DNA of 64,000 bases, from NCBI GenBank assembly GCA_964016885.1, contig OZ024741.1, positions 390,910,001-390,974,000 of the forward strand. The letters are read 5' to 3'. This stretch comes from Eledone cirrhosa. Lineage: Eukaryota. The notes under the pieces are model-generated. The model made no database searches. It had not been told where the DNA came from and saw only the letters and a program-made list of their open reading frames with translations. This document shows, one piece after another, positions 12,373 through 21,780 of this stretch. Numbering within the stretch: position 1 is the stretch's first letter; each line of letters opens with the position of its first letter. The translations under genes and the position numbers were made by a program.

Positions 12373-12802
12373 AGGGCGCTTGCCCTGGTGGTCAGCGTGG
12401 CCGTGGTCTTTTGTGTGGTTTTCGCCACGAGTAACCCTCGGAGGTTTCCCCCCTATTGGGGAATTTTTCATTGTTTCAATTTTCATTTTTATTGTTTATA
12501 TATATATATATGTTCTATGTCTTTTTTTCTTTTCTTATATAAATAATAAAAATCTTTACACGCACAAAACCCACATCGTACCGTCCTGTACCGTCCTGTA
12601 CCGTCCTGTACCGTCCCGTACCGTCCTGTACCGTCCTGTACCGTCCTGTACCGTCCCGTACCGTCCTGTACCGTCCTGTACCGTCCTGTACCGTCCTGTA
12701 CCGTCCTGTACCGTTCTGTGCCGTCCTGTGCCGTCTGTAATGTTTTCTTCATGTCAGCCCGTGTGGCCAATAAAGAAATATTATTATTATTATTATTATT
12801 AT
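12373..12802 (+). mobile_element. Tx1 3'UTR-only insertion with expanded decamer array and (ATT)n tail
   Basis: agggcgcttgccctggtggtcag...aataaagaaat(att)n. Confidence 0.88.
12578..12737 (+). repeat. Tandem 10-mer minisatellite (GTACCGTCCT)n, about 15-16 units
   Basis: Directly visible; only 1-3 units occur in the other Tx1 3'UTRs. Confidence 0.95.
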
Positions 12803-15800
12803 GCATTTATCTTGCTTTATGTTTATACGAGTTATCACCAAGTCACAACCAGTGACCTCATGAGACAACAAGGTCCGCCATGTTCAAGAAAGAACATACA
12901 CACACACATGAATCTTTAGGTGTTTAGACTTGTGATGTACTTATATTGACAGAATCTTCCTTAGTATATGGGCAGTTCCCATTAGTACTATTTTTTGTAT
13001 TTCTCCTATACGCGGGTTTCCTGGGATTTGCGATATATAATTATTAGACCCCTTAGGTATCCTTCCTAGAGCGCCTACAACCACTGGTATTGTTTTAGTT
13101 TCCACATTTTTCCAATTTCTATCTCCAGGTCCTTATATTTGCTCAATTTTTCAAATGTTTTTATAGATAAATTCTTGTCTATTGGAACGGACATATCAAT
13201 TAGCAGGCATACCCTCTTTTTAAAGTCTTTCAGTATTTTATCAGGTCTATTTGCATCTATTTTTCGGTCTGTTTGGATGCTAAAGTTCCACAAGATTGAG
13301 ATGTGATCTTTTTCAAGTATGGGAGGTGGTTGATGCTCCTACCAATTCTTTTGATGGGGCAGGTCAAAATGCTTACACATTATCCAATGTATGTATTGTG
13401 CAGCTCTGTCATGCCTGTTTAGGTATTCGGTTGGAGCTATAGGACTGCACATTGAAATTATATGATCAATGGTCTCTGGTTGTTTTTTTCATACACGGCA
13501 TAATGGGTTGCATCAATTTTTTATTATGTTGGCTTGGTAATTTTTTGTTGGCAGACACTGATCTTGTGCTGATATAATCAGTCCTTCAGTCTCCGATTTC
13601 AGTCCAGAGGATGCCAACCACCGATGGGTTAAAGTTTTGTCAACATCAAGATTGTTAGCTCTTTCTGGGTATTTTCCACACAGAGGCTTTTCTTGCCATT
13701 TCTTAGCCAGTTTCTGTAGCAGTTCTTTCTTTGCAGTTACTTTTACCTGCTTTGCTTTTTCTGTGTTTTCCATTTCAGCAGTAAATGGGACTTCTGAAAT
13801 GTGTAGTCCATTACTGTATCTTTGTGCATCTTTTGTAATGGAATATGATCTTTTGATGCTTTCGTGTTTCAAAACGAGTTTGATCATCCAATCATGTGAT
13901 TCCCTTAGATATGTAGATAATCCAATTGTTGCAGTTTTCAACGCAATGTCTAACTGGATTAACCCACGTCCTCCTTCTTTCCTAGGGAGATATATTCTAT
14001 CTATATCTGCTTTAGGGTGATGCATTCTGTGCATGGTTAAGAATTTTCTAATTTTTGTATCGAGCCTACGGATCTCTGTGCTTGACCAGTTGATGACATT
14101 GTAACTGTAGGTTACTACTGGTATGGCAAGGGTGTTTATGGCATCGATCCTATTCCTTGCATTCCACCCCGTTCTTAAGATTGCTCTTACTCTGCGGTAA
14201 CATTCCTTCCTTATCCTTTCCCTCATTGTCGAGTGTTTGATTCCGTCTCCTTCACAAACACAGATATTTGTAAGTTTCCTCTTGATCAAGTTCTCTTATC
14301 ACATTCCCCCGATCAAGATTAATGTCTGAACTCTTCAGCAGCTTTCCTCTGGTGAACGTTGCTTTGGCCCATTTATCTAGTCCAAACTCCATTTTAATGT
14401 CATCACTGAACTGCTTCACAGTGGATAATAGCCCTTGCAATTGTTCATCATTTTTTGCAAATAGTTTCAGGCCATCCATGTAGAACAAGTGATTAATGGT
14501 TTTGTCATAGACTTTATATCCATGTTTTGTTTCATTGAGCATTTTATTTAATGGTATAAGTGCAATGCAGAATAAAAGCAGTGATAAAGAGTCACCCTGA
14601 AAAATTCCACAATTAATATTAACTTCTCCAGCTTCCAGTGATTTTTTTTCACTATTCAAAAGGAGTGTCGTTTTCCATGTCTTCATACTGAATGACAAAA
14701 ACCTCCTGACAACGGGAGATATTTTGAAAATGTCTAAACGTTTTTCAATCCACCTGTGTGGCAAACTATCGAATGCTTTTTTGTAATCTATCCAAGCAAT
14801 TGATAGATTTTTGTGTCTATTATGACAATCTTCCAGTATCATTTTGTTAACCAAAAGCTGATCCTTACAGCCATATGAGCCTCGTTTACACCCTTTCTGC
14901 TCATTGGGAAATAGATCATTTGTTATCAGGTGATCATATGTATATTCAGTTAGGACTGATGTTAAAATTCTATACATTGTGGTCAAGCAAGTTATCGGTC
15001 TGTAATGTTTGGGATTGTTTGTCTCCTCATTCTTCGGAAGCAGGAATGTAATGCCGTTAACTAGCCATGATGGTATCTTTTCTGGCTCCTTAACTATTTC
15101 ATTGTAAAATTCAGCTAACAGCTCATGAGACTCTGTGAAGGCATTTATCCAAAAGTTTTGTATTTTGTCTTTTCCTGGGGATTTCCATTTGCTGGTTTTT
15201 CTAAGAGCCAAACGCAACTGTTCAACTGTTATATTTTTCCATATTTGTTCCTCAAGGTGAGCTGTATCTTTCATTTGTCTGTCTATCCATGGGGCATGTA
15301 TATTATGAACTTTTTCTTTGGCCCAGATCTTTTCCCAGAATTCTTACACTTCCTCCTTGGGTGGTATTGATTTAGCAGTCATTGTTGACTTACCAATTTT
15401 TCTGTAGAAGTTTCTTTGGTTGTTTTTGAACATATTATTGTCCTTATAGAATCTAGATCGTTTTTCAAAGCGCCTTATACGAGAGCTTTGGCCGACACTT
15501 TTTGCTTGATTATTACTATCAGCATGTCTCTGTCACTTGTTGATTTTATACTGTATTTTCTTTTCAATTTTCTAAGTTTAATTTGTTTAACATGTTCACC
15601 TACTTTGTAGTTTGTTAAAATTTCTATGTCAGATCGGAGAAGGTTTATTTGGCGATTGATGTTCTCTTGCCAAGTAGATTTTTTGTGGGAATTTCTTTGT
15701 TTTTTTCATTTTCACTCCACATAAGTGAATGGTGACTTTAGCCGATGCATAATAGAGATGATTTAAATCAGTAATGTTTAGTTTGTTTGTGATGATAATG

Positions 15801-16729
15801 TTTTTGAGAATTATGTTAGTCTTGTGTATTATCTTTTGGTTCTGTTTGGAGTTCTGGATCTTAGGGAGAGTGTCTCGTTCCCCCATGTCAGATTCTTTCA
15901 TTTTCATCCATTCGATCATAATTTCATCCTTCAAGTTGGCAAGTTCATTCTCATTCATTTCTTTATCATTTACGATCTCATTGTTTTCATTTTGAGTTTC
16001 ATCTTGAGCATGCACTCCCTCCACTTTTTCAAACCTTTCTTTAATTTGTTCTGTTGTCAGTGATTCCGCCCCAACCCTGGGATTCGAAGTGTTACAATTT
16101 ACCTCGTTTTCACTGACACATGTTTCATTTTCCCTTCGCTGACTTTGTGCTAATAGCTTGATCTGATCAATTTCTATATCAGTTAGTAACTTTTTTTAAA
16201 CAATATTTCTTCGTATATTGGCTAGTTTGTTATTATCAATATAGCCTCTGTTTTCGGGACGTTTTTCTTTTCAGTTGATATATGTCTGTTCTGTATTCGA
16301 TGTATTTGATGGGTAGTACATGGCAGTGTAGAAAGCCTCAAGGACTTCTTTATTGTCTTCCCTTGACCATTTTTCTCTCTTTTTCTTTGGATTTCTTGGT
16401 GGTGAGCATGAAGGGCCAACAGTAGGAATATTCCGGTTATGGAAGGTCTCCAGCTCCGAAGTGATGGGAAGGTTTGAACCATTAGCTGATTTTTCGACCC
16501 CAGTCTGGTTCCTCTCTGAGGGACGCGGCCCTTTTTGACCCGGGTGACGGCCGATCCGGTATGAAATTTTATCATTTGACATTTACTTTATTTTGTTGCG
16601 TTTTATCCTTAACCGCCAAGGGGTAATCATTTCGTGTTACCACTTCTAGGACGAGTGTCAACCAAGACTAGAGGGGTCGGCCTCCTCTAGAGACACGGCT
16701 ATTCCCCGCCGGCCACGATCCCGGTATTT
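12803..16729 (-). mobile_element. Near full-length R4/Dong family A retrotransposon, frameshifted
   Basis: ORF pieces 16271-16582, 15629-16024, 14252-15274 (RT; FYMDGLK), 13513-14289, 13075-13293; 5'UTR 16583-16729. Confidence 0.93.
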
Positions 16730-16753
16730 CTTCTTCTTCTTCTTCTTCTTCTT

Positions 16754-16784
<31 letters not shown>

Positions 16785-16785
16785 A

Positions 16786-16846
<61 letters not shown>

Positions 16847-16857
16847 GTTATTGTTAT
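16727..16857. repeat. Compound (TTC)n-(ATT)n microsatellite between DongA 5' end and DongB 3' end
   Basis: Directly visible. Confidence 0.95.
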
Positions 16858-19800
16858 TCCTTGAATCTCAGTCATTGATGTTGGTTAACTGGAAAGTCCG
16901 TTGGATTGAATATCAAGCCACTACCTGCAGCCTCAGATATTCAGGACGTATCGGAGGGTTCTTGCCGTTCCAAGCAAGCATGCCTTTTGAAGCGTTCCAA
17001 AAAGCGTGAAGGGGCCGATTTTCTTTAACCATCCCTGGAAACCTTTGGAGATAGTCCCCAGTGCGCCTATGACAATCGGGATCACTTTGACTTCATGGCA
17101 GTTCCAAATCCTTTTCACCTCCCACTTTAGGTCCTGGTATCGGTTAATTTTCTCCCTCTCCTTCTCTTGCACTCTCGTGTCGAACGGGCAGGCCACATCC
17201 ACAATCAGGCACGATCTTTTTTCTTTGTCCACAACCACCAGGTCAGGTCTATTGTGTTCCAGTTTTTTGTCCGTCTGTATCCTAAAATCCCACAGCACCT
17301 TCACCTGACTGTTCTCCATCACCGCCTCTGGCCTATGCTCATACCATTTCTCAGAATGTGGTAGATTGTTTACTTTGCACAGGTGCCAGTGGATCACCCT
17401 GCCCATCACATCGTGTCTCCAGCCCTTATAGTGGGTCTGGGCTAGGTGTTTACACTCGGACACAATGTGAGCCACAGTCTCCTCTCTCTCTCCACAGATC
17501 CTGCACAGTGGGCTAGCCTCCTCCTTGTAGATATGGTGCTTCAACCACTTCGTTTTGAGGGCCTGCTCCTGCGCAGCCATTAGCATTCCTTCTGTAGCCT
17601 TTTTGAGGTCTCCTCTTCTCAACCAGTTCCATGTCTGTGGATCTCTAAATTCAGTTTTCTCAAAGAAGGTACTATGAAGGGATTTTCCCTTAAGGCTGCT
17701 CTTCCTCCTTGATGTTATTTCCTCCTTGGATATCCCCTGGCCTACTGTCCCCTCCTTCAGTACAGCTCTGAGCATTGGCTCCTTACTATAGGTCACGTAT
17801 TTGTATAGGTTGTTTTTCTCCATCTGAACACAGTCCTCTATGCTGATAAGACCTCTTCCACCCTCAGATCTCCTTAGGTAGAGTCTATCGACATCACTCC
17901 TCTTGTGGAACATGTTGTAGATAGTCAATAGCTTCCTAGTCTTCCTATCCATTTCTTTTTGTTCAGCAACATTCCATCTCAGAATTCCCGCACTGTACCT
18001 AATAATAGACACAGCTCGGGAATTTACTGCGCTTATGGCATTTCTGCTGTTCAGATGTGACTTCAATACGCTCCTTACTCTCCGAATGTATTCAGTTCTT
18101 AACAATTCCTTCATTTTTTTGTTCTTTATGCCATCAGCCTCCAGAACGCCCAAATACTTGTATCCTTCCTCAGAGTCAATTTCCTTTATCATCTCACCTG
18201 TTGGTATCTGGATCCCGTTACTTCTGCTCAACCTACCCCTCCTCATCACAATGACTCCACATTTACCAATACCAAACTGCATACATATATCACTGCTGAA
18301 AATACGGACAGTGTCAACAAGCACATCCAACTCCTTCTCACTTTTCCCGAAGAGCTTAAGATCGTCCATGAAGAGGAGGTGATTGATGGTAAGCTCTCCC
18401 CTTCCCAACTTGTATCCTGCTCTCACTTTTCGCAGCATAATGGTCAAGGGCATCAGGGCAAGGACAAACAACAGAGGGGACAGGCTATCTCCCTGGAAGA
18501 TACCTCTCTTGATCTTCACGCTTCCCAAGGATACTCCAGTTGATGTCAACTCTGTCTCCCAGGACCCCATACTCCTGCCCAGCAACTGTCTGATGTTATC
18601 TGCCACCCTGAAGATCTCCAGGCTTTTGGTGATCCAGGAATGAGGCACCATGTCAAATGCCTTTCTGTAGTCTATCCATCCCATGGCAAGATCAGTGTGT
18701 CTCCTCCTGCAATTCCCCATTACCATCTTATCAATAAGCAACTGGTCCTTTGTACCACGTGACTTCTTTCGGCATCCTTTCTGTTCGTCCGGCAACAAGT
18801 TGTTTGTGTGGAGGTGATGGTAGATTTCCTCAGACACAATGCTCGTCAACAGTTTCCACATTACGGGCAGACATGTGATAGGTCTATAGTTGGTAACATC
18901 ATTACCCTTGATTCGGTCTTTCATTATCAGAACTGTGGTACCTTTTGTCAACCACTCTGGCACCTCACCCGACACCAAGCAGTCATTGAACATGGCCGTC
19001 AGCTTCGGGTGGAGGGATGTTAAATGTTTAATCCAATACCCCTGCACACCATCTGGGCCTGGTGATTTCCAGTTGGTTAGTTTTTTGGCTTGCCCCTTAA
19101 GAGTTTCAACTGTGATACTCAAATCAGTCTGTTGCTGTGCCTGCTCACCGATCTCCCTCTGTACTGTCTCAGTCCACCCTGCCTGGGCATTGTGTCTAAC
19201 ATCCTGCTCCCATATTCCTCTCCAGAATGTTTTAGCTTGTTCCGCCCCAGGGATCAAGTCGTTGCCTCTTTCTTTCCCCTCAAGCTGTCCAAACAGCATC
19301 TTCTGGTTGTTGTCGAACATGCGGTTCTGTTTATACTGACTGACTCTGTTCTCGTATCGCCTGATTTTGGCACTCTTTGCTACAATGCGTTGCTTCAATT
19401 CCTCTATGATAATATTTAGCTTTTTACTCCTAGTTTTGTATTTTATTTCCAGTCTATTTTTAGTGCCTATGTTTTTTAGTGTCCCATTCAGTAGTGACTC
19501 AAGCTTTCCTATGTCATTTCTCATTTCCTCGATTTGCCCACTCAGTCGCTTCTTCCACCACGGCTCTGCTCTTTCTTGTCTGTTGTTTCCTCTCGCTTTT
19601 ATACCAAGTAGTTTCCTCGCCGTATTTGCTGTTGCTTTGAGGATATTGTTGCACTGGTGAAGACTCCTCGCCTCAAGGTATGGGATGACTTTGTTTACCT
19701 TAGCTGTTGTTTCTTTTAACTTTTTCCTGTCTACAAATCTTAGGTTCATAGGTCTCCCACTATCATTGTTCAACTCATCTACCACTAAATTTAGGATGTC

Positions 19801-20500
19801 AACCGAATCTTGTCCTAGCCCGTCAGCATTCATCTCCTCAGTGGCCGTATCTCTGTTCCAGGTATTATTTATCTCAGTATTCAGATCATTGTCTGCTTCG
19901 GGTGGTTCCTCCGTTCTCAGGACCTCCTCACCTTCATTTCCCGCCGGCTCGCTTGTCTGGCATACTACACCCGCCATCTCCAAGCCATTCTCTCTGCTCA
20001 GTTCCTCCAGTTCCAGCTCGCTTATCCACCCATTAGTTCTTATTACCCGAGCCTGCCCGGCCAATTTTTGTTCATCTAATTTAAATAAACCAATCTCGTT
20101 CCAGATGTTATGCATCCGTCTCCTGTAGCCCCTCTCCTTGGGGTTACTTTTCAGGTAGCATTGCATAACAGTTCTATTCAATTCTTTCGTCCAGTTGGTT
20201 CTGGCCCCTTTCCTTCTTCTTCTTCCTCCAACATCAGCAGTATTTGGTTGACAGTCAGGTTCCTGCTGCTGAGCCAGGGGGCACCTGTTGGGTGAGAGTC
20301 TGTCACATGACGTTCTAGTCTCCATTTCACCGTTATTCGAACTGTTTATGTTCGATATTTAAACACTCTTATCGAGGATTGGCGAATGTATGTTTACATA
20401 GCCATCTGTGGATCCGCCATCCCACTTGGCCCTTGTGTGGCATTATCACCACGCTGTATACGGACACACATAAACAAACAAACACACGGGCAGAAAGGGC
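16858..20500 (-). mobile_element. R4/Dong family B retrotransposon with intact ORF (5' boundary uncertain)
   Basis: Single long ORF, short 3'UTR ending in (TAA)n on the sense strand. Confidence 0.93.
16933..20325 (-). CDS. R4/Dong-clade polyprotein, 1130 aa: N-terminal region, RT, CCHC zinc knuckle, restriction-like endonuclease
   Basis: WKSPGPDG, NYRPITCL, WIDYRKAFD, GIFQGDSLSP, LFMDDLKLF, CRICGEREETVAHIVSEC, RHD, RPDLVVVD-IVDVACP; no APE domain. Confidence 0.95.
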   Translation of the reverse strand: METRTSCDRLSPNRCPLAQQQEPDCQPNTADVGGRRRRKGARTNWTKELNRTVMQCYLKSNPKERGYRRRMHNIWNEIGLFKLDEQKLAGQARVIRTNGWISELELEELSRENGLEMAGVVCQTSEPAGNEGEEVLRTEEPPEADNDLNTEINNTWNRDTATEEMNADGLGQDSVDILNLVVDELNNDSGRPMNLRFVDRKKLKETTAKVNKVIPYLEARSLHQCNNILKATANTARKLLGIKARGNNRQERAEPWWKKRLSGQIEEMRNDIGKLESLLNGTLKNIGTKNRLEIKYKTRSKKLNIIIEELKQRIVAKSAKIRRYENRVSQYKQNRMFDNNQKMLFGQLEGKERGNDLIPGAEQAKTFWRGIWEQDVRHNAQAGWTETVQREIGEQAQQQTDLSITVETLKGQAKKLTNWKSPGPDGVQGYWIKHLTSLHPKLTAMFNDCLVSGEVPEWLTKGTTVLIMKDRIKGNDVTNYRPITCLPVMWKLLTSIVSEEIYHHLHTNNLLPDEQKGCRKKSRGTKDQLLIDKMVMGNCRRRHTDLAMGWIDYRKAFDMVPHSWITKSLEIFRVADNIRQLLGRSMGSWETELTSTGVSLGSVKIKRGIFQGDSLSPLLFVLALMPLTIMLRKVRAGYKLGRGELTINHLLFMDDLKLFGKSEKELDVLVDTVRIFSSDICMQFGIGKCGVIVMRRGRLSRSNGIQIPTGEMIKEIDSEEGYKYLGVLEADGIKNKKMKELLRTEYIRRVRSVLKSHLNSRNAISAVNSRAVSIIRYSAGILRWNVAEQKEMDRKTRKLLTIYNMFHKRSDVDRLYLRRSEGGRGLISIEDCVQMEKNNLYKYVTYSKEPMLRAVLKEGTVGQGISKEEITSRRKSSLKGKSLHSTFFEKTEFRDPQTWNWLRRGDLKKATEGMLMAAQEQALKTKWLKHHIYKEEASPLCRICGEREETVAHIVSECKHLAQTHYKGWRHDVMGRVIHWHLCKVNNLPHSEKWYEHRPEAVMENSQVKVLWDFRIQTDKKLEHNRPDLVVVDKEKRSCLIVDVACPFDTRVQEKEREKINRYQDLKWEVKRIWNCHEVKVIPIVIGALGTISKGFQGWLKKIGPFTLFGTLQKACLLGTARTLRYVLNI

Positions 20501-20509
20501 CCCAAAAAT

Positions 20510-21705
20510 GAATAAGCATAAGTTTCATTGTAATGTAGTATTCGAATGTCTGACTTAGTTTTTGTTTTTTAAGTTTTACTTTTTCCCCCCTCTTCTCTGT
20601 CCGTCCGCCTGCTTCTCTCTTCATTCTTATTTTCTTTACGTTTTTGGGGTGTCTTTTTTTGTTTTTGTTTTTCTCTGTTTGTTTTTCTCGTTTTTTGCTG
20701 TTGTTGCTGTGCTGCTTTTGTTGTTTGTTTTTTCTTTTTTCTTTTGAGTCTATCTATATATTTTGATGCCTTCCTCTTTGTTAGTAGTAGGAATTCTATA
20801 ATGTGGAAGTGGCAGCCAGCAGAGACTGGCGGCGTTGGCGATACTGAGACAGTGGTGGTGGTGATGTCGATACCGAGGCAGTGGTGGCGGTGATGCGACC
20901 GTATTACTGTAGTGATGGTGCTGTAGCGGTGGCAGCAGCAGTGAAGGAGTCAAGGGGTGGTGGCGGCGGTGATGGGATAGTGGTGGTAATGATGGCCGTA
21001 GTGAGCGGTGGCGGTGAAGGTGAAAATGCTGTTGTGTTTAGTGTACACAGATGATGGGGTGGGTGGTGTATCTAGTTTCTGGTGTTGGTGAGTTTCGCTG
21101 TCCTATATAGTGTAGCCAGAGGAGAGGAGGGGGGGGGGTTCTTCTTCTTCCATTTATAGCCATTTTATTTTTTTTGGATATACAGTGTACAATACAAAGT
21201 TGAATATTTGAATATTTGAGCCGTATTACTGTAGTGATGGTGCTGTAGCGGTGGCAGCAGCAGTGAAGGAGTCAAGGGGTGGTGGCGGCGGTGATGGGAT
21301 AGTGGTGGTAATGATGGCCGTAGTGAGCGGTGGCGGTGAAGGTGAAAATGCTGTTGTGTTTAGTGTACACAGATGATGGGGTGGGTGGTGTATCTAGTTT
21401 CTGGTGTTGGTGAGTTTAGCTGTCCTATATAGTGTAGCCAGAGGAGAGGAGGGGGGGGGTTCTTCTTCTTCCATTTATAGCCATTTTTTTGGGATATACA
21501 GTGTACAATACAAAGTTGAATATTTGAATATTTGAGCCTTATAACAATATATTTTGGGTCCGAATTTTTTTGGGGCTCAAGCCGGGTGCTTTACGTAGCA
21601 TTTGTACTAAGAGTTGTTATTTCACAAATGATTTAAATATGTTAAAAATTCAAAACTTACGGGAGCGATTTCATGACCTCCGTCACCTCGTGCGTCTTCT
21701 TCCCT
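20510..21705 (-). mobile_element. Tx1-type 5'UTR plus decayed ORF1 remnant (fourth 5' variant)
   Basis: gatttaaatatgttaaaaattcaaaacttacgggagc (about 21630-21666) matches gatttaaatacgttaagattacaaacttacacgagc (about 60750-60785); A-run then ATGGCT start at 21484, as in other Tx1 ORF1s. Confidence 0.65.
20899..21536. repeat. Direct tandem duplication, about 320-bp unit (20899-21220 / 21221-21536)
   Basis: Near-identical units beginning ccgtattactgtagtgatgg and ending gaatatttgag. Confidence 0.95.
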
Positions 21706-21706
21706 A

Positions 21707-21731
21707 ATTATTATTATTATTATTATTATTA

Positions 21732-21779
<48 letters not shown>
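21707..21779. repeat. (ATT)n microsatellite (DongA 3' tail/target)
   Basis: Directly visible. Confidence 0.95.

Positions 21780-21780
<1 letters not shown>

Noticed and set aside
12578-12737. Regular repeat array as CRISPR
   Set aside because: 10-bp tandem units with no spacers, inside a LINE 3'UTR; eukaryotic context; no cas genes
20326-20500. HDV-like ribozyme in the DongB leader (TCCTCG motif)
   Set aside because: Could not form P1/P2/P3 pairings by eye
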